Source: Microbacterium sp.
GTDB taxonomy: Bacteria; Actinomycetota; Actinomycetes; Actinomycetales; Microbacteriaceae
Direction: 5' to 3'
Assembly (NCBI RefSeq): GCF_036277215.1
Contig: NZ_DASUNI010000344.1
Span: 2,031-66,030 of the forward strand
Length of the DNA: 64,000 nucleotides
Positions 30,702-39,895 of this stretch are shown here, piece after piece. The stretch's first letter is position 1; each line of letters begins with the position of its first letter. The notes below the pieces were generated by a model. The model searched no databases, had not been told where the DNA came from, and saw only the letters and a list, made by a program, of their open reading frames with translations. Position numbers and translations under genes: made by a program.

Positions 30702-32279
30702 CTACTCCGTGCGGAAGAGCTTCTCCGGCAGGATCGAGCCTCGTCCGAACGCCTCGAAGCCCTGCACCTCGGCGCTGTGGAAGAAGATCCGATGATCGAA
30801 CCCGAAGGAGTAGATCGGCACTTCGTCGACGTAGATCTGCTGCACCTGTGCGAGCGCGGCAGCCTTCTCCTCCTCGCTCGTGGCCGTACGCAGCTCGTCC
30901 AGCGCTGCGGTCATCTCCGGGCTGGAGGAGTTCTGGATGTTGTCCGTGCCGTCCTTCTCGAAGAGGTTCGTGAAGGTGGACGCGACCGGGTTGATGTCGT
31001 AGATGCCCAAGTAGAACGTGATGTCGAAGTCGTCATTGCCCTGCGTGCGCAGACGCCAGTCCTGGATCTGCACCTGCTCGATGTCGACGGTGACGCCCTC
31101 GAGCTGCTGGAGCGTGAGCTGCACGTACTCCGCCGACCGGATGCTCTCCGGAATCGCCGCCGGGACGATCGTGAACGACATGTCCACTCCGTCGGCGATC
31201 AGCTCGTCGACGAGCTTCTGAGCCTCCTCGAGATCCGGCTCGGGCAGTCCGAGCGCCGCGTCGTAGTACGGCGACTCATCGGAGAACAGCGTGGTCGAGC
31301 CGACCTGCTCCGGGTCCGACAGCAGCGTCTGCACCAGCTCGGTCGGCTCCAGCGCGAGGGCGACGGCCTTCCGGGCGCGCACGTCATCGAACGGTGCGCG
31401 CGTGTTGTTGAAGACGAGGTGACGGAAACCGCCGTTCTCGACGGTGAACATCTCGAACCGGTCGTCGTCGGCGTAGTCGCGGAAGTCGGAGGAGAACCCG
31501 TTCATCAGGTCGGCGCTGCCGCCGGCGATGGTCTCGACGCGCTGCGACGGGTCGCCGACGGTGCGGTAGTGCAGTGCGTCGTAGACGGGCTTGCCCAGCG
31601 CGTAGTCGGGGTTGGCCTCGAGGTCCTCGCCGATCGCGGGATCCTGGTGAGTGAGGATGAACGGACCGGCGCCGACCGGCTCGACGTACTCATCCGCTTG
31701 GAGCGCCGTCGGAGAGGCGACGAACTGCATCAGTTCGGCGATCTGCTCGTCGAGCACGGGGTTGGCGGCCTTCGCCGTGACGGCGAGTGTCACCTCGTCC
31801 ACGACCTCGGTGGTGAAGGACTGCGCGAGCGCCATCGTCGGCGAACCGGTGGCGGGGTCGGCGTTGCGGTCCCAGTTGAATTTGACCGCGGCGGCGTCGA
31901 AGGCCGTGCCGTCGGTGAAGGTGATGCCGGGCCGCAGCGTGAGGGTCCAGGTGGTGCCGCCGTCCTCGGTCGTGAAGCTCTCCGCCAGGCTCGGGACGAG
32001 TTCTCCGCTCTGGTCCACGTAGAACAGCTGGCCGTACACCGCGACGAGCCGGTCGGTGGTGACCCCCGGCAGGGTGCCGAAGAAGGCGAGCGCGGGATCC
32101 CACGTGCCCATTCCCGCGGCGGACATGATGGTGATCTCGCCGCCCTCGGCGGGTTCACCGGTCGCGCCGCCGTCACTGTTTCCACCGCCTCCTCCGGAGC
32201 ACGCCGCCAGCAGCAGTGCGAGCGAAGTGCCCGCACCGATTAGGGCGAGTCGCCAGGGGTTCCTCTTCATCGAGTGCAT
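30702..32279 (-). CDS. ABC transporter substrate-binding lipoprotein, family 5 (orphan paralog of 18240-19832)
   Basis: Lipobox LLLAACSG. Colinear, roughly half-identical by eye to the SBP at 18240-19832. No permease or ATPase genes are adjacent. Confidence 0.85.
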   Translation of the reverse strand: MHSMKRNPWRLALIGAGTSLALLLAACSGGGGGNSDGGATGEPAEGGEITIMSAAGMGTWDPALAFFGTLPGVTTDRLVAVYGQLFYVDQSGELVPSLAESFTTEDGGTTWTLTLRPGITFTDGTAFDAAAVKFNWDRNADPATGSPTMALAQSFTTEVVDEVTLAVTAKAANPVLDEQIAELMQFVASPTALQADEYVEPVGAGPFILTHQDPAIGEDLEANPDYALGKPVYDALHYRTVGDPSQRVETIAGGSADLMNGFSSDFRDYADDDRFEMFTVENGGFRHLVFNNTRAPFDDVRARKAVALALEPTELVQTLLSDPEQVGSTTLFSDESPYYDAALGLPEPDLEEAQKLVDELIADGVDMSFTIVPAAIPESIRSAEYVQLTLQQLEGVTVDIEQVQIQDWRLRTQGNDDFDITFYLGIYDINPVASTFTNLFEKDGTDNIQNSSSPEMTAALDELRTATSEEEKAAALAQVQQIYVDEVPIYSFGFDHRIFFHSAEVQGFEAFGRGSILPEKLFRTE

Positions 32280-32312
32280 GAGTGCCTTTTCCCGTTCCGA
32301 TCTCAGGCCGGA

Positions 32313-33761
32313 TCAGACGTTGATCGCGACGTACTTCTCCTCGAGGAACTCGAGGATGCCTTCGGAGCTGCCCTCGCGGCCCAGCCCGCTCTGCTTGGTG
32401 CCGCCGAAGGGGGCGGCGGGGTCGCTCAGCACACCGCGGTTGACCGCGACCATGCCGACATCGAGTCTCAGCGCCGCGCGCGTCGCGTCCTGCTCCGGAC
32501 CGAAGACGTAGGCGACCAGCCCGAACTCGGTGTCGTTGGCCATCCTCACCGCGTCATCGACGTCGGTGTAGGAGACGACCGCCGTGACGGGCCCGAAGAT
32601 CTCGGTGCGGGTGATGCTGTCGCCGTGCGTCACCCCGGTGAGCAGGGTCGGCTCGATGAACGCTCCCCCGCCGAGCGCGTCCCCTCCGGTGACGACGGTC
32701 GCCCCCTCGGCGACGGCCGTGCCGACGAGGTCCGCGACCTTGTCGCGCTCCGCCACCGAGACGAGCGCCCCGAGCGTGTTCTGCCGGTCGAGGCCGGCGC
32801 CCGTGCGCACCCGGGCCAGCTCGGCGCTCATCCGCGAGACGAACTCGTCGTGCAGGCTCGCGTGCACGTAGAACCGGTTGGCCGCCGTGCAGGCCGAGCC
32901 GCCGTTGCGCATCTTCGCGGCGAGCGCACCGGGGACGGTCACGTCGAGGTCGGCGCCTGGCAGCACGAGCACGGGCGCGTTCCCGCCCAGCTCCATCGAG
33001 GTGCTCACGACGGTGTCGGCGCAGGCGTGCAGCAGCTCGCGACCCACCTCGGTCGAGCCGGTGAACGACAGCTTGCGCACGGCGGGGTGGCTGATCATGC
33101 GCGCCACGTTCGGCCCGGTGGGCACCGGTGTGACGAGGTTGACCACACCGTCCGGCACGCCGGCGCGACGCAGCACGTCCACCACGTACGCCGCCGTCAG
33201 CGGAGTCTCGCGCGCGGGCTTGAGGATCGTCGTGCACCCGGCCGCCAGCGCGGGCGCGAGCTTGCGGGTCGCCATCGCGGCGGGGAAGTTCCAGGGGGTG
33301 ATCAGCAGCGCCACGCCGATCGGCTGACGGGTGACGACGATCCGCTTGTCGCCCGCCGGCGCGAGCCGGTAATCGCCCGGCACGCGGACGGCCTCTTCGG
33401 CGAACCAGCGGAAGAACTCCGTCGCATAGCCCGCTTCGGCGATCGCGTCGGGCCAGGCCTTGCCGTTCTCGCGGACCATGATCTCGGCGAAGTGCTCCTT
33501 CTCCTCGCGCAGGATCTCGAACGCGCGGTAGAGGATCTCGCTGCGCGCCCGCGGGCTCGTCGCCGCCCATGCGGGGAAGGCGCGCTCGGCCGCCGCGACG
33601 GCATCGTCGCAGTCCTGCTCGGTCGCTGCAGCGAACTCCGCGACGGTCGAGCCGTCCGCCGGATCGATCACGTCGAATCGCCTGCCCTCACCGCCGGGGC
33701 GCCAGACGCCGTCGATGAAGAGGTCGGCGATATACGTGCGGGTGCTCGTCGTCGCAGTCAT
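32313..33761 (-). CDS. NAD(P)+-dependent aldehyde dehydrogenase (succinate-semialdehyde dehydrogenase-like)
   Basis: ITPWNFP, FTGST.VG, ELGGNAP and catalytic-Cys-region GSACTAANR motifs. Confidence 0.9.
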   Translation of the reverse strand: MTATTSTRTYIADLFIDGVWRPGGEGRRFDVIDPADGSTVAEFAAATEQDCDDAVAAAERAFPAWAATSPRARSEILYRAFEILREEKEHFAEIMVRENGKAWPDAIAEAGYATEFFRWFAEEAVRVPGDYRLAPAGDKRIVVTRQPIGVALLITPWNFPAAMATRKLAPALAAGCTTILKPARETPLTAAYVVDVLRRAGVPDGVVNLVTPVPTGPNVARMISHPAVRKLSFTGSTEVGRELLHACADTVVSTSMELGGNAPVLVLPGADLDVTVPGALAAKMRNGGSACTAANRFYVHASLHDEFVSRMSAELARVRTGAGLDRQNTLGALVSVAERDKVADLVGTAVAEGATVVTGGDALGGGAFIEPTLLTGVTHGDSITRTEIFGPVTAVVSYTDVDDAVRMANDTEFGLVAYVFGPEQDATRAALRLDVGMVAVNRGVLSDPAAPFGGTKQSGLGREGSSEGILEFLEEKYVAINV

Positions 33762-33786
33762 GATTTCTCGCTTCGTTCGAGGGGTG

Positions 33787-35016
33787 TCAGGAGGACAGGC
33801 GGGCGCGGTCGCCGACGAGCGCGGCGTCGACGATCCGCCCGATGAAGTCGGCGTCGGCAGGCACTGGGCTGATCGCCACGAGGCGTCCGACCTGCAGCGT
33901 CAGGGTCACGATGCGCTCGCGATCCGCCGGGGTCAGCCCGAGGTCGGTGAGCGCGACCGGCAGTCCGATGCGCGCGCAGAGTCCCGCGACCGCATCGACG
34001 ACGCGTTGCGCCGCGGCATCCGATTCGCCCTCATCGGGCTCGAGGACGCCCATTGCCCCGCCGAGCGCGGTCAGCCGCGATCCGATCGCGGGCAGGCACG
34101 CCTGCAGCACATAGGGAAGCAGCGCACCGGTGCCCAGGCCGTGCGGGGTCTTGGTCATCGCCCCGATCGGGTACTGGATCGCGTGCGAGAGGTGGGTGCC
34201 GGCAGACCCGAACGCCATCCCCGCCAGCAGGCTGCCGTACGCCATCGCCTCTCGTGCGTCCCGGTCGGCGGGGCTCTCGACGGCCGTCGGCAGGGAGCGG
34301 AAGATCGCGCCGGCCGCCTCGAGGGACAGGGGGTCGGTGAGCACGTTGCGGCCGATGAAGACGGGCAGGCGTGCGCCGCGATCGACTTCGAGGGATGCCG
34401 CGGTGTAAGACTCGACGGCGTGCACGAAGGCGTCGATGCCCGAGTGGGCGGTGACGCCCCTCGGGGCACCGATCGACAGCTCGGGGTCGACGATCCCCAC
34501 CCGCGGGACGAGGAATGGGCTCGAGACTCCGACCTTCAGGTCCCGCGCTGGATCGGACACGACGGCGACCGGGGTGACCTCCGACCCGGTGCCGGCCGTG
34601 GTCGGGACCGCCACGAGCGGCACGACCGGGCCGGGGACGGCGTTCTCTCCGTAGTAGGCGGAGAGGCTGCCGCCGTGGCTGACCAGCAGTGCGATCAGCT
34701 TCGCCGCGTCCAGGGCGCTGCCTCCGCCGTAGCCGACGATCACATCGGGGGCGAAGGACCGTGCGAGAGCACCGGATGCCTCGACCACGTCGACCGGAAG
34801 CTCGGGTGGCACGTCGGTGTGCACCTGTACGTCGAGGCCGCGGTCCGCCAGTCCCGCGACGACATCGTGGAACTCGGGTGTCGTGGCAAGGAAGGGGTCG
34901 GCGACGACGAAGACACGCCGCCCCAGCGCCGCGACGGCAGCGGGGATGCCCGCACGCACCCCGTAGCCGAAGCGCACGTCGTCGGGCAGTCTCAGCACGC
35001 CCAGTCCGGAGCTCAC
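33787..35016 (-). CDS. Iron-containing (group III) alcohol dehydrogenase
   Basis: GYGGGSALDAAK, VAVPTTAGTGSEVT and HSGIDAFVHAVE motifs. GTGA overlap with the upstream gene. Confidence 0.85.
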   Translation of the reverse strand: MSSGLGVLRLPDDVRFGYGVRAGIPAAVAALGRRVFVVADPFLATTPEFHDVVAGLADRGLDVQVHTDVPPELPVDVVEASGALARSFAPDVIVGYGGGSALDAAKLIALLVSHGGSLSAYYGENAVPGPVVPLVAVPTTAGTGSEVTPVAVVSDPARDLKVGVSSPFLVPRVGIVDPELSIGAPRGVTAHSGIDAFVHAVESYTAASLEVDRGARLPVFIGRNVLTDPLSLEAAGAIFRSLPTAVESPADRDAREAMAYGSLLAGMAFGSAGTHLSHAIQYPIGAMTKTPHGLGTGALLPYVLQACLPAIGSRLTALGGAMGVLEPDEGESDAAAQRVVDAVAGLCARIGLPVALTDLGLTPADRERIVTLTLQVGRLVAISPVPADADFIGRIVDAALVGDRARLSS

Positions 35017-36077
35017 GATGGGTCCTCGTTTCGGTCTGCGACGGCGGGGTCGACGGCTTCGGACAGCTCATGCAGGCGGGCCCACACGTCGGCGGACAGA
35101 GCGACACCCTCTGCACAGGATCGATCGCGGGCCGCCCTGGCGCGGTCGCCCGGCACGGTGACGGTGCTGCCGTCGGCCCCGCTCCCGCGGATCAGCGCGA
35201 AGTAGTCGCCGAGCGCGGTGCGCGTGTCGGATCCGGCGAACGCCACGGGGTCGATGGCGATGATGACATCCCCCTTGGTCACCTCGGAGTCGGCGTCGAG
35301 CGTGCCGTGCACGTCGGGACCGAGCGCGGTGCCGGTGAGCGCGCCGACGATCGCGCCGAACGCGAGACCGAGCGCATAGCCCTTCGCTCCCCCGAACGGC
35401 GAGATGGCGCCCTCGGCGGCTTCCGCCGCGTCGGTGGTGCGATGCCCGGCGGCATCCACCGCCCAGCCGTCGGGCAGCGTCATGCCCTTGGCGCGATAGT
35501 CCAGGATCTTGCCCGCCGAGACGGCGCCGGTCGACATGTCCACCGCCAGGTCGCCGCCGGACGCCGGCACCCCGATCGCGATGGGGTTGGTGCCCAGCAG
35601 CGCGCCCACACCGCCCCACGGGTGCACGAGCCCCTCGGTGGACGACAGCATGAGGCCGACCAGTCCGACGGCTGCGAGCTGCTCCATGTACGGAGCGAGG
35701 ATGCCGAGGTGGTGCGTCCGATGCAGTGCGGCGACCGCGACACCGGTCTCGGGCAGGCGCCCGCGGAGCGCCGCGATCGCCTGGTACGCGACGACCGGCC
35801 CGAACCCGCGAGCGCCGTCCACGGTCAGGGCCGCGGCAGCGGTCCACTGCAGCTCGGGCTGCGAAGCCGGGTCGATCAGGCCCCTCTCGATCCGAGCGAC
35901 CAGGACGTCCAGCCGCCGCAGACCGTGCGACGGATGACCGCGCAACTCCGCCGCGACCAGGTGATCGGCCTGGATCCGCGCGTGCTCGGTCGTCGCCCCG
36001 CGCCGCGTCAGCGCACGCGCGGCGAGATCGCGGAGCTCCTGCGCATCGACGCGCACCGCGGAGGGATCACCCGACAT
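35013..36077 (-). CDS. Ldh_2 family (malate/L-lactate/sulfolactate-type) NAD(P)H oxidoreductase
   Basis: GHPSHGL, GTNPIAIGVP and PFGG.KGYALG motifs of the Ldh_2 family. Confidence 0.8.
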   Translation of the reverse strand: MSGDPSAVRVDAQELRDLAARALTRRGATTEHARIQADHLVAAELRGHPSHGLRRLDVLVARIERGLIDPASQPELQWTAAAALTVDGARGFGPVVAYQAIAALRGRLPETGVAVAALHRTHHLGILAPYMEQLAAVGLVGLMLSSTEGLVHPWGGVGALLGTNPIAIGVPASGGDLAVDMSTGAVSAGKILDYRAKGMTLPDGWAVDAAGHRTTDAAEAAEGAISPFGGAKGYALGLAFGAIVGALTGTALGPDVHGTLDADSEVTKGDVIIAIDPVAFAGSDTRTALGDYFALIRGSGADGSTVTVPGDRARAARDRSCAEGVALSADVWARLHELSEAVDPAVADRNEDPS

Positions 36078-36101
36078 ATGTTCAACCTTCCTGTGGACAT
36101 C

Positions 36102-36112
36102 ATTGTCAACAA
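36102..36112. promoter_or_regulatory. TTGTTGACAAT motif (copy D, minus-strand orientation)
   Basis: Exact 11-mer in the 53-nt divergent region between the Ldh_2 operon and the IclR gene. Confidence 0.5.
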
Positions 36113-36130
36113 CTCGGTACGATCGGTCCT

Positions 36131-36892
36131 ATGCCCCGTCCCGTCCTGCAGGACACCTCCTCGTCCCTCCGCCGCGCACTCGCGCTGCTCGACGCGTTCA
36201 GCGGCGAGCGGCGGGAGCTGTCGGTGCGCCAGCTCGCCGAACGGTCGGGTGTCACGCGGTCCACCGCGCATCGACTCGCCAAGGAGCTCGTGGAGTGGGG
36301 CGGACTGGAGCGCACGCCGGGCGGCCTGCGCCTCGGAGTGAAGCTGTTCGAGCTGGGAGCGATGGCGCCGAGCCCGACGTCGCTGCGCGAGGCGGCGGTG
36401 CCGTACCTGCACACCCTGCACGAGGTCACGCAGCTGACCGCGAACCTCGCCGTGCGCGAGGGAGGCGAGATCGTGTATCTCGAGAAGATATCGACGCGAC
36501 AGCTGCGAGTGCCGCACACTCGCCTCGGCGGCCGGGGAACGCTGCACGCGACCGCGCTGGGCAAGGCGATCCTCGCGTTCACGGAGGATGACGTGGATCT
36601 GGACGCCCTCGCACCTACGATGACGCGCCTGACGGCTCACACGATCACCGACCCCGCCGCCCTCGCGCGAGAGCTCGGCAGGGTGCGCAGCCAGCGGGTC
36701 GCCTACGACGTCGAGGAGTCGAAGGAAGGGCTCTTCTGCGTCGCCGCTCCGATCACCAGCGGACGCGGACCTGTGCTCGGTGCTCTGTCGGTGACCGGCG
36801 CAACCGCCCTGTCCCACGCCGAGCGCTTCGCGCCCACGGTGATGGCGACCGCCGCGGCGATCTCGCGCTCGCTCGAGCTCCGCGCCGCGTGA
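36131..36892 (+). CDS. IclR family transcriptional regulator
   Basis: LRRALALLDAF...LSVRQLAERSGVTRSTAHRLAKEL wHTH plus an IclR effector domain. Internal ATG of the 388-aa track ORF. Confidence 0.85.
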   Translation: MPRPVLQDTSSSLRRALALLDAFSGERRELSVRQLAERSGVTRSTAHRLAKELVEWGGLERTPGGLRLGVKLFELGAMAPSPTSLREAAVPYLHTLHEVTQLTANLAVREGGEIVYLEKISTRQLRVPHTRLGGRGTLHATALGKAILAFTEDDVDLDALAPTMTRLTAHTITDPAALARELGRVRSQRVAYDVEESKEGLFCVAAPITSGRGPVLGALSVTGATALSHAERFAPTVMATAAAISRSLELRAA

Positions 36893-36900
36893 CTGCCGTC

Positions 36901-36945
36901 AATCCGTCAGCACCTGTTGACAAAATTGTCACGGATTTGTTAACT
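36901..36945 (+). promoter_or_regulatory. Near-consensus promoter TTGACA-17 nt-TTAACT flanked by the inverted repeat AATCCGT/ACGGATT
   Basis: -35 at 36917-36922, -10 at 36940-36945. IR arms at 36901-36907 and 36931-36937 bracket the -35. Upstream of the aldehyde dehydrogenase at 37054. Confidence 0.5.
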
Positions 36946-37053
36946 ACCACTATCGACCCCGGCGACCTCCCGACCCGCGGATCGAGTTCGCCCATGCACG
37001 CCAGGCCTTGGCACCCACGACACCCGACAACATCGCACAGAGAGGTGTGACCA

Positions 37054-38550
37054 ATGAGTGACACGATAAGCACGACCGCGGAAGTACGGACCGGCCTCTA
37101 CATCGGAGGCGAGGAGCGCCAGACGACCGCGACCCTCGACATCCCCGACCCCGGCAAGCCCGGCGTGATCGTCGGCCACGCCGCCGCTGCCACACCGCAG
37201 GACGTCGATGACGCGATCGCTGCGGCGAAGGCCGCGTTCCCGGCCTGGTCGGCCCTGTCCGCCGCCGAGCGCGCGGAGCAGATGCGGGCGGCGCTGGTCG
37301 GCATCGCGGAAGAGCGCGATGCGGACGCCGCGATCCTGTCGCAGGAGAACGGCAAGATCCGCTTCGAGGCCTGGATCGACTCCCTGGTCTTCGAGATCCG
37401 GTGGAACCTGGCGCTCATGCTCGCGGATGAGGTCGAGACCGGCAAGGTACTTCCCGTCGTCCCCGGCATCCCGGTGGAAACTACCGTGTCGTACCAGCCG
37501 CTCGGCGTCGTCACGGTCATCGTGCCGTTCAACTGGCCGATCGCGATCCTCGGCGCGGCCCTGCCCCACGCCCTCCTCGCCGGCAACACCGCGATCGTCA
37601 AGCCGCCGCCCTCGGCACCGCTCGCGACGACCCGCGTGGTGCAGCGCATCGCCGAGAAGCTCCCGCCCGGGGTGCTCAATGTCGTCACCGGCAAGGACGC
37701 CGACATGGCAGCCCTCATCTCCAGCGACGACATCGCGAAGGTCTGCTTCACCGGGTCGGTGGGCGGGGGCAAACGGATCATGGAGATGGCGTCGAAGTCG
37801 CTGACCCGCGTCACGCTCGAGCTGGGCGGAAACGACGCGGCGGTCTTCCTCGACGACGCGATCCTCGACGACACGCACCTCGACCGCATCTACGCCGCCG
37901 TCTTCGACACCACCGGCCAGATCTGCATGAACGCCAAGCGGCTCTACGTGCACCGCTCCCGTCTCGACGAGCTCGTCGACGGACTGTCCGCGCGACTAGG
38001 CAGAGCAGTCATCGGTTACGGCCTGGACGAGGGCACGACGATGGGACCGCTGCACTCGCCCGTGCAGAAGGCGTTCGTCTCCGAGATCATCGAAGAGGCC
38101 AAGGATGCCGGAGCCGACGTCCGCGAGTTCGGTGAGCTTCCGGGCGGCGACCTCGCCGGCGGCAACTTCCTCCGGCCGGCGATCGTCATCGACCCCGATC
38201 CGTCGCTGCGCGTGGTCACGCAGGAGCAGTTCGGCCCCGTCATCCCGATCATCCCGTTCGACTCCGAGGACGAGGCGATCGCCGCGGCGAACGACACGTG
38301 GGGCGGCCTGTGCGGCTCGGTGTGGACGGCGGACGTGGACTCCGCGAACCGCGTCGGCAGCAAGCTGGTCTGCGGCTACGTCTGGGTCAACGATCACGGC
38401 GCGACGCGGCTCGACCTGCGTGCTCCGTTCGGCGGCATGAAGCAGTCCGGGTTCGGTCGCGAGCAGGGCATCGAGGGCGTCCGCGCCTTCCAGGACACCC
38501 GCTCGATCGCGCACATCGACGCCGAGGCCCTCGCGGCTCAGGCACACTGA
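37054..38550 (+). CDS. NAD(P)+-dependent aldehyde dehydrogenase
   Basis: VPFNWP, FTGSV.GG, ELGGND and catalytic-Cys-region GQICMNAKR motifs. Confidence 0.9.
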   Translation: MSDTISTTAEVRTGLYIGGEERQTTATLDIPDPGKPGVIVGHAAAATPQDVDDAIAAAKAAFPAWSALSAAERAEQMRAALVGIAEERDADAAILSQENGKIRFEAWIDSLVFEIRWNLALMLADEVETGKVLPVVPGIPVETTVSYQPLGVVTVIVPFNWPIAILGAALPHALLAGNTAIVKPPPSAPLATTRVVQRIAEKLPPGVLNVVTGKDADMAALISSDDIAKVCFTGSVGGGKRIMEMASKSLTRVTLELGGNDAAVFLDDAILDDTHLDRIYAAVFDTTGQICMNAKRLYVHRSRLDELVDGLSARLGRAVIGYGLDEGTTMGPLHSPVQKAFVSEIIEEAKDAGADVREFGELPGGDLAGGNFLRPAIVIDPDPSLRVVTQEQFGPVIPIIPFDSEDEAIAAANDTWGGLCGSVWTADVDSANRVGSKLVCGYVWVNDHGATRLDLRAPFGGMKQSGFGREQGIEGVRAFQDTRSIAHIDAEALAAQAH

Positions 38551-38570
38551 GAGCATCAGCTCCCATCCGA

Positions 38571-38633
38571 GAGACCACATCCCGGTCGAAACCGCACGCG
38601 CTGCGCGGCGTCTCGACCGGGATGTGGTTTCTC
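38571..38633. terminator. Long hairpin (15-bp perfect core CCACATCCCGGTCGA/TCGACCGGGATGTGG) ending in GGTTTCTC. Terminator or REP-like element.
   Basis: Read directly. Shares the GAGAC...GGTCGAAAC core with the element at 48797-48865. Confidence 0.55.
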
Positions 38634-38653
38634 GCGCGCGCGACCGAGTGGCG

Positions 38654-39895
38654 ATGACCGCCGAACCCGACGACCGAGGCTCCTCGCGGCTCCTGCTCCT
38701 GATCGCCGTCCTGCTCATCGCCGCGAACCTGCGCGCCACGATCACCGGCGTCGGCCCGCTCCTCGCGCAGATCGCCGATGACCTCGGCACCAGCGAGGCG
38801 GCGCTCGGAGCGCTGGCCGCCGTGCCGCTCATCGCGTTCGGACTCGTCTCGCCGATCGCGCACGGGCTGAGTGCCCGCTGGGGCATGTCGAGGGTGGTGC
38901 TCGCGTCACTGCTCATCCTGGCCGTCGGCACCATCTGGCGGTCGCTGCCCGGCTCCCCCGCGAACCTGTGGCTGGGCACGGCGCTGATCGGCGCCTCGCT
39001 CGCCGTCGCGAACGTGCTGATGCCGGCGGTCATCAAGCGCGACTTCAGCGACCGCATCCCCTCGGTGACGGCCGCGTTCACGGCGTGCCTGTCCGGAATG
39101 GGCGCCGTCGCCTCGGGCGTCGTCGTGCCGATCTCGCACATCCCGGCGAGCGGCGGCGACCTGGGCTGGCAGGCGGCCCTGCTGTGCACGGCCGCGCTGC
39201 TGCCGTTCGCGATCCTCGCCTGGCTGCTGGCCATGCGGCAGCGGGCGCCGGAGCGCGGCACCCGGCTGAAGCGCACCCGCTCCGGGATCTGGACCGACCT
39301 GCTCGCGTGGCAGGTGCTGGCCTACATGGGTCTGCAGTCGATGACCTTCTACATGCTGGTGACATGGCTCGCGCCGATTGCCCACTCGCTGGGGCGGTCC
39401 GAGGTGGTCGCCGGCATCGACGTGATGATCTACCAGCTGTGCGCGTTCGCCGGCTCCCTCGTCGTGCCGCTGCTGCTGCGCGGTCGCATCGAGCGTTTCG
39501 CCCCAGCGGTCATCCCCGTGCTCTCGATCGTCGGAATTCTCGGCCTCATCGCGCTGCCTGGCGCGTTCCTGTTCTGGGTGATCCTCTGCGGGCTCGCATC
39601 GGGCGCATCGCTGTCGATGTCGTTCAGCCTGTTCAGCCTGCGCGCGCGCACCCACCAGGGGTCCAGCGCCCTCTCCGGGATGGCGCAGTCCGGCGGTTAT
39701 CTCATCGCGGCGACGGGACCGATCCTGTTCGGAACGCTGCTCACCCTCACCGGCGGGTGGGTCGCCCCCCTGATCCTGGTGGCCGTCGTGCTCACCGGCC
39801 AGCTGATCGTCGGCGCGCTGGTGGGCCGGGAAAGGTTCGTGCTCGAACCCCGGGATGCCGTCAGCCCGGCAGCGCCGACACAGTCCGCCGACTGA
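38654..39895 (+). CDS. MFS transporter (CynX/NimT-like)
   Basis: 12-TM-type hydrophobic profile. N-terminus LLLIAVLLIAANLRATITGVGPLL is typical of the CynX group. ATG at 38654 chosen so that the start clears the hairpin. Confidence 0.75.
   Translation: MTAEPDDRGSSRLLLLIAVLLIAANLRATITGVGPLLAQIADDLGTSEAALGALAAVPLIAFGLVSPIAHGLSARWGMSRVVLASLLILAVGTIWRSLPGSPANLWLGTALIGASLAVANVLMPAVIKRDFSDRIPSVTAAFTACLSGMGAVASGVVVPISHIPASGGDLGWQAALLCTAALLPFAILAWLLAMRQRAPERGTRLKRTRSGIWTDLLAWQVLAYMGLQSMTFYMLVTWLAPIAHSLGRSEVVAGIDVMIYQLCAFAGSLVVPLLLRGRIERFAPAVIPVLSIVGILGLIALPGAFLFWVILCGLASGASLSMSFSLFSLRARTHQGSSALSGMAQSGGYLIAATGPILFGTLLTLTGGWVAPLILVAVVLTGQLIVGALVGRERFVLEPRDAVSPAAPTQSAD

Noticed and set aside
39861-39895. 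35-nt 3'-end overlap of the convergent MFS and PaaX-like genes
   Set aside because: The overlap is real in the sequence, but such overlaps are common in compact GC-rich genomes. There is no evidence of a regulatory role. It is noted only as context.
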